Assembly (NCBI GenBank): GCA_040905465.1
Contig: JBBDRK010000019.1
Location: 3,028-51,604, forward strand
Direction: 5' to 3'
Length of the DNA: 48,577 bases
Source: Trueperaceae bacterium
GTDB lineage: Bacteria; Deinococcota; Deinococci; Deinococcales; Trueperaceae
This document shows, one piece after another, positions 36,636 through 47,171 of the stretch. The notes under the pieces are model-generated. The model searched no databases, was not told the DNA's origin, and was given only the letters and a program-made list of their open reading frames with translations. The position numbers were made by a program, and so were the translations under genes. How positions within the stretch are numbered: the first letter of the stretch is position 1; each line of letters opens with the position of its first letter.

Positions 36636-36914
36636 CAGCCCACTCCCGTTGAAGTGAAGGCGCGACTCGACACGCTCGAGCCCGCCCAACCGAATCACCG
36701 CCAACTGCAGTAGAACGGCGGCCACCCATCATGCCTTGCGAGTCCGGTTGGCGACGTTTCCCGTCGGACTGCAAGTTGCCGCTGTCAGACCGCGGCGAAC
36801 GCAACCATCCGAAACCCGTAACTTGCAGACATTAGAAACCGGTGAAGGGTTGCGCGCGTATGCGATTTCGCACCCGCCGCCGTGCCGGTTGCGGCCGTTA
36901 CCCGGCCGATCCGG

Positions 36915-37042
36915 CGCGGTTGTGACGCGAGGGCGGCAGCGTGACGACGCGGTGGTGACGCGGAGGCGACCCGCTTGAGACCGCGGTGGGAACGCGGTAG
37001 TGACGCGGGTGGGCGCACCGTGCCGACGCCGGTTGCGACGCG
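36915..37042. repeat. Dispersed 15-bp motif CGCGGTNGTGACGCG (3 exact, 1 degenerate)
   Basis: Copies at 36915, 36948 and 36993, with a degenerate copy at about 37027. Confidence 0.8.
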
Positions 37043-37165
37043 ATTGCGACTCGCTGGCACCACGAGCGCGGCCCAGCCGGAGCGCTGGGGACGCGCCGTC
37101 GTGGCCCGTCAGAGCGAAACGCAGTCCGGCGAGTGGTAGCATTGAATCCCGGAGAAGGTGAGCTG

Positions 37166-38824
<1,659 letters not shown>

Positions 38825-38840
38825 GCCCGCCTGTACTGGC

Positions 38841-39575
38841 GTGGACAGTACAGGGGAGCCAGGCGAACGTGCCCAGGCGGGTCCCGTGATGGGCACGGAG
38901 CGCGACAGCCGGCTGGTGATCGGGGTCGCGGGCGGCACCGGGTCGGGCAAGACGACGGTGGCCGAATCGGTTACCCAAGCCGTCGCCGGCGCCGCCGGCC
39001 CCGGCGCACTGGTGGTGATTCCGCAGGACGCCTACTACCGGGCGCAAGGCGACCTGCCGCAGGCCGTACGGGAGAAGATCAACTACGACGAACCGAGCGC
39101 GTTCGACACGGAGTTGCTGGTGGAGCACCTCGACCGGCTCGTTGCCGGCCTCGAAATCCACCGTCCGGTATACGACTTCAACCGCGACGATCGCTCGGAG
39201 GCGAATATCGTCCTGGCGTCGGCACCGGTGATCCTGCTCGAAGGAATCCTGGTGCTGCACGAGCCGGCCCTGCGCGAGCGAATGACCCTGAAGGTATTCG
39301 TGGACGCACCGCCCGACGAGCGGTTCATCAGGAGGCTCGAGCGTGACGTGAAAGAGCGCGGGCGCAGCGCCGAGAGCGTGATCGAGCAGTACCGCAGGAC
39401 CGTCAAGCCCATGCACGACCTGTTCGTCGAACCCACCAAGAAGCACGCCGACCTGATCATCCCCGAAGGTGGCCGCAACCGCACCGCACTCGAGGTGTTG
39501 AGCGCCTTCGTACGTTCCTTCCTGGCCAGCCCACCCGATCCACCCCTGCCGCCTCACGGGAGCACCGCCAGATGA
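38841..39575 (+). CDS. udk: Uridine kinase
   Basis: GVAGGTGSGKTT, QDAYY, NYDEP.AFD, RFIRRLERDV.ERGR, HADLIIP. May instead start at ATG 38889. Confidence 0.95.
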   Translation: MDSTGEPGERAQAGPVMGTERDSRLVIGVAGGTGSGKTTVAESVTQAVAGAAGPGALVVIPQDAYYRAQGDLPQAVREKINYDEPSAFDTELLVEHLDRLVAGLEIHRPVYDFNRDDRSEANIVLASAPVILLEGILVLHEPALRERMTLKVFVDAPPDERFIRRLERDVKERGRSAESVIEQYRRTVKPMHDLFVEPTKKHADLIIPEGGRNRTALEVLSAFVRSFLASPPDPPLPPHGSTAR

Positions 39576-41395
39576 GGCAGCTGTTGTGGCTGCTGGTGAT
39601 CGTGTCGCTGCTGCCGGCCTCCGTGCTGGTGGCGCGTCGAATCGCCGCCGAAGGCGATGCCCGCCGGGTGACGATGGTGATGGACGAGCAGGCGCTGCGG
39701 CAACAGGCGGAGGCGGTGGGTCGTGACCCGTTCGAGCTTGCGCTCCACTATCAGGAGTTGGGGCTCGCCGGAATCGCTGTCTACGAGGAGACGCCGGAGA
39801 CGCTGGCGGCTGCCGGAGCGATCGTGGCGATGCGCGGGCACGAACTCCAGGGTGCGGTGGCGGCGGCCGGTGGCACGCCACCGCCGCTCGCCGCCGGCGT
39901 GACGGTCGTGGCCGAGCTGGAACCGGGGGCTCTTACGACCGCCCTGGCCAAGAGCGAGCCCAAGCCGCAGGAGTTCGCCTGGGGCGACAAGACCTGGTAC
40001 GCGTTTCCCGGAGACGTCTTCACGACGCTCCCCGCCGGACCCGACTCGGACCGGCTGCAGCGCTATCGGGACACCGGTTTCGATATAGCCTACCGGCCCC
40101 GCAACGGACAGCTGATGACCGACGTAGGCAGCGACTTCCCCGCCCAGGCGCACTATCTGGTGCATGCCGGCCTCGAGGTCGCCGGTCACCCCGACCGGCT
40201 CGATCAGACTGTTGCGGCGTCACAACCCTACCTCACGGCGGTGATCGAGGGCACCGAGCAGAGCGGAATGCAGAGCATAGCCGGCAAGGCGCCCACTGTT
40301 CGGCTCCTGTCGTTCAACCAGGACTACGTGAATCGTCGCCTGCAGCCGCTGGAGCTCGTCGACAAGTACCTGCTGGCGGCGAGTGAACGCGGCATCTCGG
40401 TTCTGTACCTGCGGCCTTATACCGAGCCGCAGCTCGGCAACCCTATCGAAAACACCGAGATGCTGGTGCGTGCGCTGCGGACTACTCTCGAGCGTGAAGG
40501 CTTTCAGGTCGGCCCGCTGCGGACACTGCAGATCGACTACCGACCCAACGTCTGGCTCCGGGCGCTCAGTGCGATCGGCGTGATTGCCGGACTTGCCCTG
40601 CTGGCGCTGGCCTTCCCTGGTCCATGGGGCGCCCTGGCAGCACTGGCGGTCCTGACGCTGTGCCTGCTGGCCGGCGGTTTCGACTGGGACGCACTGGCGC
40701 TCATGGCCGCGCTGGTGTTCCCGGTGATCGGCTACGCCCACGCCCGGGAGCGCCTGCACGCGTTGGGAACGGCGACACTGGTGAGTCTGGCCGGGGCCGC
40801 GCTGCTGGTGGCCGTAGGCAGCGACCAAGCCGCGATGACCGCGATCTCCCCGTTCAAGGGCGTGGCGGCCACGCTGGTCGTGCCACCGGCGCTGTTCGTG
40901 TTCCAATACGCCCTGCGCTTCCGGCGGCCGGCTGCCTGGGTTCGCGACTTCTGGAGCCATCCGGTGCGAATTGGCGACGTGGCGCTGGTATTGCTGGCGG
41001 TCATGGCGCTTGGCCTGGTCATCCTGCGGCGCGGGAACTTCCCTATCATCGGGGCTACCGAAACGGAGCTGGCGTTTCGCTCGTGGCTGTCAGACCTGTT
41101 CGTGCGGCCGCGCTTCAAGGAGCTGCTGGGCCACCCGCTGGCGGTTCTGGGTCTGGCCGGCGCGGAGTGGCCCGCCTGGATGCGCGCCGGGCTCTTGACC
41201 GGCGGCGTGATAGCCCAGGCCAGCATCCTGAACTCGTTCAGCCACTACCACACGCCGCTGCTGGTCTCTCTGCAGCGCACGGCGATCGCACTCGGCCTGG
41301 GCCTGGCGATCGGCCTGGTGCTGTTACCGCTCGCGCGGCTGGTGGTGCGCCTGGTGCGCAACTGGCTGGGCAGCGGCGCCGTCAGTCCGCGATGA
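39572..41395 (+). CDS. DUF5693-family membrane protein
   Basis: N-terminal TM, large soluble domain (ERG..LYLRP), then multiple TMs with RPRFKE..GHP and NSFSHYHTP. ATGA-coupled to udk and csaB. Confidence 0.8.
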   Translation: MRQLLWLLVIVSLLPASVLVARRIAAEGDARRVTMVMDEQALRQQAEAVGRDPFELALHYQELGLAGIAVYEETPETLAAAGAIVAMRGHELQGAVAAAGGTPPPLAAGVTVVAELEPGALTTALAKSEPKPQEFAWGDKTWYAFPGDVFTTLPAGPDSDRLQRYRDTGFDIAYRPRNGQLMTDVGSDFPAQAHYLVHAGLEVAGHPDRLDQTVAASQPYLTAVIEGTEQSGMQSIAGKAPTVRLLSFNQDYVNRRLQPLELVDKYLLAASERGISVLYLRPYTEPQLGNPIENTEMLVRALRTTLEREGFQVGPLRTLQIDYRPNVWLRALSAIGVIAGLALLALAFPGPWGALAALAVLTLCLLAGGFDWDALALMAALVFPVIGYAHARERLHALGTATLVSLAGAALLVAVGSDQAAMTAISPFKGVAATLVVPPALFVFQYALRFRRPAAWVRDFWSHPVRIGDVALVLLAVMALGLVILRRGNFPIIGATETELAFRSWLSDLFVRPRFKELLGHPLAVLGLAGAEWPAWMRAGLLTGGVIAQASILNSFSHYHTPLLVSLQRTAIALGLGLAIGLVLLPLARLVVRLVRNWLGSGAVSPR

Positions 41396-42384
41396 GGGTT
41401 CTGATCAGCGGTTACTACGGATTCGGCAACGCCGGTGACGAGGCGCTGCTGGACGGCCTCCTGGCCGGCCTGCGGTCCGCGGGCCACCGGCCGCTGGTGC
41501 TCAGCGCCGACCCCGAGGCCACGCGAACTCTCCACGGCGTGGCGGCGACTCACCGGCTTCGCGGCCTGGTTCCGGCGCTGCTCCGGTGTCAGGCGTTGGT
41601 TTCCGGGGGCGGTGGACTGCTTCAGGACCGTACCAGCGCTCGAAGCCTCCACTACTATCTGGCGCTGGTGCGAGCAGCCCGCCTGCTGGGCAAACGCGCC
41701 GTAGTGTACGGACAGTCGCTGGGACCGTTGTCTACGGGCGGGAGAGAGGCGGTAGCGAGCACGCTGCGCGGCGTTCCGATCGCGGTACGCGATCCGGCCT
41801 CGCGGGAACTGCTGGCCGAGTTGGGATTGCCCGCTACGTTGACCGCCGATCCGGCCCTGCTGCTCGAGCCGCCAACGGGAGCCGGACACGTGCGAGACGG
41901 CGTCCTCCTGATACCGAGGGGGGGTCATTCGGCGCTGACCGACGACCTTGCCGCCGTTGGAGCGCGCCTCCTTCAGCGAGGCTGCGACGTTGAACTGCTT
42001 GCACTGCACCCGGCTGCCGACGACGGCGAGCTCCGCCGCCTGGCGGCGGAGCTGCCCGGGGCTACGATTCGGATAGCCGCCGACCACCGCCAGGCTCTGG
42101 CTTTCGTCGCGCACGCCCGACTGGTCGTCTCGGTCAGGTTGCACGGCCTCATCCTGGCGGCGGCGGGCGCCACGCCCTTCGTGGGCCTCGCTTACGACCC
42201 GAAGGTAGCGGCGTTCGTGGCCGACTCGCAGGGGACCGGATTCTCCCCTCCGATAGATCGGGCGAAACTGTTCCAGGCTGTCGAAGCCGGCCGGGGTATC
42301 GACGACGAAGCCCGTGCCCGCCTTCGGGCACGGGCCGAATGCGGACTCGAATGGCTGGACAATACGCTGCGCGGTATGCGGTGA
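41392..42384 (+). CDS. csaB: Polysaccharide pyruvyl transferase
   Basis: SGYYGFGNAGDEA, SGGGGLLQD.TS.RSL.YY, GQSLGP, VRD..S, DPA, RLHG, YDPKV. Confidence 0.93.
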   Translation: MRVLISGYYGFGNAGDEALLDGLLAGLRSAGHRPLVLSADPEATRTLHGVAATHRLRGLVPALLRCQALVSGGGGLLQDRTSARSLHYYLALVRAARLLGKRAVVYGQSLGPLSTGGREAVASTLRGVPIAVRDPASRELLAELGLPATLTADPALLLEPPTGAGHVRDGVLLIPRGGHSALTDDLAAVGARLLQRGCDVELLALHPAADDGELRRLAAELPGATIRIAADHRQALAFVAHARLVVSVRLHGLILAAAGATPFVGLAYDPKVAAFVADSQGTGFSPPIDRAKLFQAVEAGRGIDDEARARLRARAECGLEWLDNTLRGMR

Positions 42385-42503
42385 TCCCCGCCACCGGGTT
42401 CCGAGCGCGCCGCGGCCGGGCACGGCACCGCCGCGCGCTCGGCTGCCGGGCACGCCATCGCTGGGGATTCGGCTTCTCACCCGCGAGCGGCTATCATGCC
42501 AAC

Positions 42504-43346
42504 GTGTTGCCTGAATCCGTACGGGCCGGGCCCGTGCCGTCACCAGTTGAACCGAAGGTCGCCACGGCCGTAGTGCGCGCGGTCATGGTCGTTTTCCTGA
42601 TGTTGGCCGGCACCGTCTCGGCGCAGACTCAACTCGAACAGATGCGCGACCTGCTTGCGCGCGGCTACTACAACTCGGCCGCCCGGGTGATCGGGCCGGG
42701 TCTGGTGGAGAGCCAGCCCGACAGCGCCGAGGCACACTACCTCTATAGTCGTTCCCTCTATCTCACCGGAGATCTGGAAGCGGCCAGAACGGCTCTGGAT
42801 CGCGCGCTGGAGCTGCGCGGAACCACCGCCGATCCCGATTACAACTACCTCGACGGCTTGCTCCGTGCCGCGGCCGGCGATCTCGACGGCGGGGCTCGCC
42901 TGTTGCGCAATGCGTTCGTGCGCAGCCAGGATTACGACCACGCCATGGACTGGGGTCGCGTGGCCTGGCGGGCGTATCGACTGGAGGAGGCGCTGCAGGC
43001 GTTCGAGGCGGCGGGTGCCACTCAGACGGGTTCCCGGCTCCCCTGGCCGAACCTGAACCGCGGCCGGGTGCTGGCGTTCCTGGGGCGGACCGACGAGGCG
43101 ATCAGCGCTTACCGGAGCGCCATCGAGGTATTCGAACAGTACGATACCGGCGAAGCGCGGCCTTCGCCCGCCTACGTGGAGGCGTACTTCAGGCTGGGTG
43201 AGATCTACGAGGCGCGGGGTGCCGCCAACGGCGCGGAGCGCTTCTTGCAGTTGGCAGCCGACCACTACAGGGCGGCGCTGACCGGCGACCCCAACTACGC
43301 CCCGGCCATCGAGGCGCTCGACAGCCTGACCCGGCGCCTGCCCTGA
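42504..43346 (+). CDS. TPR-repeat protein with signal peptide
   Basis: TPR motifs AEAHYL, AYFRLG. TATCAT lies 6 nt before GTG 42504 (start uncertain). Confidence 0.78.
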   Translation: MLPESVRAGPVPSPVEPKVATAVVRAVMVVFLMLAGTVSAQTQLEQMRDLLARGYYNSAARVIGPGLVESQPDSAEAHYLYSRSLYLTGDLEAARTALDRALELRGTTADPDYNYLDGLLRAAAGDLDGGARLLRNAFVRSQDYDHAMDWGRVAWRAYRLEEALQAFEAAGATQTGSRLPWPNLNRGRVLAFLGRTDEAISAYRSAIEVFEQYDTGEARPSPAYVEAYFRLGEIYEARGAANGAERFLQLAADHYRAALTGDPNYAPAIEALDSLTRRLP

Positions 43347-43375
43347 GCGGCCTTCACGACAGCGGCCTTCACGCC
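43346..43375. repeat. 2 x 15-bp tandem duplication (AGCGGCCTTCACGAC)
   Basis: Directly visible between convergent genes. Confidence 0.7.
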
Positions 43376-43382
43376 GGCCCGC

Positions 43383-44120
43383 CTATGGCGCTTCGATCCT
43401 GTACCTGACTGCCACCCGAGCCTCGACGGCCAGTTCGCCGGTGGCGATCGACGAGTCGCTCATCATCGTGGCGGCCCGTTCGAACATCGGCGACGGCCCG
43501 GACGCTGGGTCCAGGTCCTCGATCGTCAGAGGCGCGCCCAGGCTAACGCCGGCGATGGCGGCCAGATGTTCGGCCTTGGCTCGAGCGTCGGCAAAGGCCG
43601 CCTCACGGGCCTCCCGCGCCAGCTCGGCCGAGTTCGAGAATCCGAAAGTGATTCCGCCGATGGCGTTGGCTCCGGACTCCACGGCGGCCGAGAGAACCTC
43701 ACCGGCACGGCGGGCGCCCTCGAGCTCTACGCGCAGCATGTGTTGGGCGCGAAACTGAGCGACAGCGTCGCGGTTCCCGTCCTGGGGGAAGCGCTCCTCG
43801 CGCCAGACATTGAACGACGTGGTCTGGATGCTGCGCTCGGGAACTCCCATATCGCTCAACGCCGCCATTACGGCGGCGATACTCTCGTCGAGCCGGCCGA
43901 CGGCAGCGCGTACATCCGGATCGCTGACAGTTACGCCGAGTTCGAGCGAGGCCACGTCCGGTTCGCCGTATACAACGCCATGACCCACGACCGATACCGC
44001 GGCCGGCTGGCCGATCGACTCGAATGCGGGAGTAGCGGCCTGCTGAGCCACCGCGGCGCTCGGCAGGGCGGCGGCAAGGAACGGCACTATAAACAGGGCC
44101 CAAAAGCGATGTCCGGGCAT
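43383..44120 (-). CDS. SIMPL/DUF541 domain periplasmic protein
   Basis: Signal peptide. V.G.G.V...PD.A...LGV, IQT, GAN, A..DA..KA..LA. SD GGAGG. Confidence 0.88.
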   Translation of the reverse strand: MPGHRFWALFIVPFLAAALPSAAVAQQAATPAFESIGQPAAVSVVGHGVVYGEPDVASLELGVTVSDPDVRAAVGRLDESIAAVMAALSDMGVPERSIQTTSFNVWREERFPQDGNRDAVAQFRAQHMLRVELEGARRAGEVLSAAVESGANAIGGITFGFSNSAELAREAREAAFADARAKAEHLAAIAGVSLGAPLTIEDLDPASGPSPMFERAATMMSDSSIATGELAVEARVAVRYRIEAP

Positions 44121-44163
44121 TAGATCCTCCAGTTACGTAGGGAATTGTGGCATCGTGCGCGAG

Positions 44164-45399
44164 TCAGTTGACCGTCTTGGTCCGCCGGCGCTGAAAGTCC
44201 TGGAGCACGTACTGTCCGATGGTTCGCGGCGTAGTGAAGTACGCCTTGCCCCGCGTCATGGCGCTGACCCGTTGAACGAAGGCGATCAGTTCCGGGTCGC
44301 GCGCCAGCATGAAGGTGTTTATCTGGATTCCCTGCCGCCGGCAGTTGCCTACCTCGCGCAGGGTTTCGCCCAGCACCATCGGGTCGAGGCCGTAGGCGTT
44401 CTTGTAGACCCGGCCGTTGGGAAGCGTTATCGCCGACGGCTTGCCGTCGGTCACCATGACGATCTGTTTCATGTCCTTGTTCTGTTGCCGCAGCAATTTC
44501 TGCGCCAGCCGCAGGCCCTCGGCTGTATTGGTGTGGTACGGACCGACCTGCGCCTGTGCCAGCCGCCCGAGCGGCACCTCCTCGGCGGAGTTGTGGAACA
44601 GCACGAACCGGATGGTGTCGCCGCGGTACTGGGTGCGGATCATGTGTGCGAGCGCCAACGCAACCTGTTTAGCGGGAGTGAACCGATCCTCCCCGTACAG
44701 GATCATCGAGTGCGAGCAGTCGAGAAGAACGATTGTGGCGGCCGAGGAGTCGTAGTCGGCCTGCATCACCTCGAGATCGCCGTAGTCGAGCTGCAGCCTG
44801 CCGTCGTCGATCCCGTGGCTCGCCGCGTTGCGCAGTGTCCGCGAGAGGTCGAGGTTCATGGTGTCGCCGAACTCGTACGGGCGGCTTTCCGACTCCGCAG
44901 CCACTCCGGTTGTCTGGAAGTTGGTTTCGTGGGCGCCGATGCTGCTGCGACCGGCGCCGCCCAGCACGTCTTTGAGCGTGCGGTAACCCAGGAAATCGAT
45001 CGCCTTGTTGGTGAGCTCGAAGCGTGCCTCGCCCGGATCGGTGTCCGGTCCGGTTCCGCCGGGCTCGCGCTCGCCGTCCCCTGATTCCGGTTTCAGGTAG
45101 CCCTCGCGCTCGAGCCGCTGGGCCAGCTCCCGCACCACTTCACCCAACTCGCTCTCCATCCAGTTCTCCGCATTCATCGCGCCTTCCACCATCTCCTCCG
45201 ACACCATTTCGTTGTTCACCAGTGCCTCGGCGATGGCGTCGTAGAGATCCTGCATGCTCTGTCTGAAATCGGGATCGGGATCCCAGGGGTTGCGGTTGAA
45301 GCCCGAATCCAGGAGCCGATCCTGGATCATCTTCATGAGATCCGCCATCTCGAGATCGTCGAGTGTCGCCTCGTATCTCGAGTAGCGAGTTGTGGGCAT
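44164..45399 (-). CDS. vWA (MIDAS) domain protein
   Basis: DCSHS (DxSxS), TNT, VTDG. SD GGAGG. Confidence 0.88.
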   Translation of the reverse strand: MPTTRYSRYEATLDDLEMADLMKMIQDRLLDSGFNRNPWDPDPDFRQSMQDLYDAIAEALVNNEMVSEEMVEGAMNAENWMESELGEVVRELAQRLEREGYLKPESGDGEREPGGTGPDTDPGEARFELTNKAIDFLGYRTLKDVLGGAGRSSIGAHETNFQTTGVAAESESRPYEFGDTMNLDLSRTLRNAASHGIDDGRLQLDYGDLEVMQADYDSSAATIVLLDCSHSMILYGEDRFTPAKQVALALAHMIRTQYRGDTIRFVLFHNSAEEVPLGRLAQAQVGPYHTNTAEGLRLAQKLLRQQNKDMKQIVMVTDGKPSAITLPNGRVYKNAYGLDPMVLGETLREVGNCRRQGIQINTFMLARDPELIAFVQRVSAMTRGKAYFTTPRTIGQYVLQDFQRRRTKTVN

Positions 45400-45425
45400 C
45401 AGTTACCTCCCCAACCGTCGAACGT

Positions 45426-46865
45426 TCAGTTCCAGCGCCGGCGTGGCGCCTGCGCTTCGGCCATGTCCGGCTCTGAGGCCACGTAACCGCGCTCCTCGCT
45501 GCGTGCCACCTGGCGCCGGGCATAGAGACCTTCGAGCACGAATTCGGCTGCGGCGGCCAACTCCTCGGGACCCTGGCTGCCCCCGATCGCCCGTGCCGCG
45601 TCGAGCAGGCTCGGAACCTGACCGAACAGTTCGGGCAGCTTGCCGCTCGGCACCGAGTCGGGCACCTTGAGGGCGTTGTCGGTCTCGAAGAACTCTACGA
45701 TCGCGGTCGTGTCGATCTCACCTTCGCGTCTGCTGAATACCTGGCCCAGAGCGCGCCGCACGATATCGCGCGCCACCGCTTCGCCGCCCTTGAGCTCTCC
45801 TTCGTATTCGAGCTCGAGCTTGCCGGTGACTGCCGAGAGCGCGGCGTACAGGTCGATCGTGCGCACGATCGGGCACGGCTCGCCTAGGGTGTAGGCCCGG
45901 CGCTCGGCGTTCGACACCACATTCTCCATAAGGCTGATCGGCAGGCGCTGCGAGACTCCGGAGTGCTTGTCGACCCGGGAATCGTCACGGGCCTGGAACG
46001 CAACCTCCTCGATCACCTCGGCGATGAAGTCGGGTACTCGTACGTCCCGGGCCCGGCGGGTCCAGGCTTCCTGACTGGTGATGGCCATTCCCTCGTCGAT
46101 GCTGACGGGGTAGTGGGTGCGAATCTCCGAACCGATCCTGTCCTTGAGCGGCGTGATTATCTTGCCGCGCGCGGTGTAATCTTCCGGGTTGGCGCTGAAC
46201 ACCAGCATCACGTCGAGTTGCAGGCGCACGGGGTAGCCTTTGATCTGAACGTCCCCCTCCTGCATGATGTTGAAGAGCGCGACCTGCACCTTGCCTGACA
46301 GGTCGGGCAGTTCGTTCATCGCGAACACTCCGCGGTTCGCCCGCGGAAGCAAGCCGTAGTGCACGGACAGCTCGTCGCCCAGCTTGGTGCCCAGTCGCGC
46401 CGCCTTGATCGGGTCGATGTCGCCGATGATATCGGCCACGGTGACGTCGGGCGTGGCCAGTTTTTCCACGTACCGCGCCTCGCTCGGGACCCACTCGATC
46501 GGAGTGTCGTCGCCCCCGTCGGCCACCTTCCGGCGACCTTCGGCGCTCACCGGCGCGAAGGGGTCGTCGTTCAGTTCGCTGCCCGCCACGATCGGCGTTT
46601 CATCGTCCAACAGTTCGGTCAACTGACGCAGGATTCGGGTCTTCGCCTGACCGCGCAGCCCCAGCAGGATGAAGTTGTGCCTGCTGAGTAGCGCGTTCAC
46701 CACCTGTGGCACCACGGTATCGTCGTAGCCGACAATTCCCGTGAAAACAGGCTGCCGCTCTTGCAGCCGCCCGATCAGGTTCTCGCGCAGTTCGTCCTTG
46801 ACGCTCCGCCCGGCACGCTCCTCCCAGACCGTGCCTCGAAGCTCGCCCAAAGTCTTCGGCTTCAC
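45426..46865 (-). CDS. Mg-chelatase subunit I-like AAA+ ATPase
   Basis: [36 protein letters not shown]. Start GTG 46865 or TTG 46871. Confidence 0.85.
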   Translation of the reverse strand: MKPKTLGELRGTVWEERAGRSVKDELRENLIGRLQERQPVFTGIVGYDDTVVPQVVNALLSRHNFILLGLRGQAKTRILRQLTELLDDETPIVAGSELNDDPFAPVSAEGRRKVADGGDDTPIEWVPSEARYVEKLATPDVTVADIIGDIDPIKAARLGTKLGDELSVHYGLLPRANRGVFAMNELPDLSGKVQVALFNIMQEGDVQIKGYPVRLQLDVMLVFSANPEDYTARGKIITPLKDRIGSEIRTHYPVSIDEGMAITSQEAWTRRARDVRVPDFIAEVIEEVAFQARDDSRVDKHSGVSQRLPISLMENVVSNAERRAYTLGEPCPIVRTIDLYAALSAVTGKLELEYEGELKGGEAVARDIVRRALGQVFSRREGEIDTTAIVEFFETDNALKVPDSVPSGKLPELFGQVPSLLDAARAIGGSQGPEELAAAAEFVLEGLYARRQVARSEERGYVASEPDMAEAQAPRRRWN

Positions 46866-46950
46866 CGGCAACCCCTACCGCCGGTCGTCTCCCTGGTAGC
46901 CGCTCGGATCATGGAGGCACTGTAGCACCGCCGGTCCTGAGGTCTATGTG

Positions 46951-47075
46951 TGAGCGCATGTCATTGCCGAGACACCCTAGGCAAAGCTATGACCCTGCGT
47001 GGGGGGCGCAGGGCCAAAGAGAGGAGATGGTTGAGGGAAGGATCCCTCAATGGATCATGACTTGCATGAGCCTCA
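46951..47075 (-). ncRNA. Candidate structured small RNA (not a recognised family)
   Basis: TATACT -10 at 47084-47079, followed by three hairpins with C/U-rich loops and linker plus a closing stem. Confidence 0.4.
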
Positions 47076-47171
47076 GCAAGTATACACGGGCTACAACGCC
47101 GCTAATTCGAAATGGGGCGAATGTCTCATTTCATCGACGTCGTCTCCGCCGGCTGTCTGATAATCTCGCGC

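Noticed and set aside
36750-36800. Hammerhead ribozyme or c-di-GMP-I riboswitch
   Set aside because: CTGACAG is not CUGANGA, and the GGCAAA/GCAAA core of c-di-GMP-I is absent.
36915-37053. Possible mini-CRISPR array
   Set aside because: Repeats are only 15 bp, spacers are 18-30 bp and irregular, and there are no cas genes. Kept only as a motif array.
36729-37142. Minus-strand 137-aa ORF with RVTTA repeats
   Set aside because: It is a by-product of the DNA motif array, with low-complexity Arg-rich sequence and no RBS.
45426-46865. Photosynthetic bchI/chlI assignment
   Set aside because: There are no other chlorophyll or chelatase genes. The pairing with this vWA protein fits a generic AAA+/vWA module.
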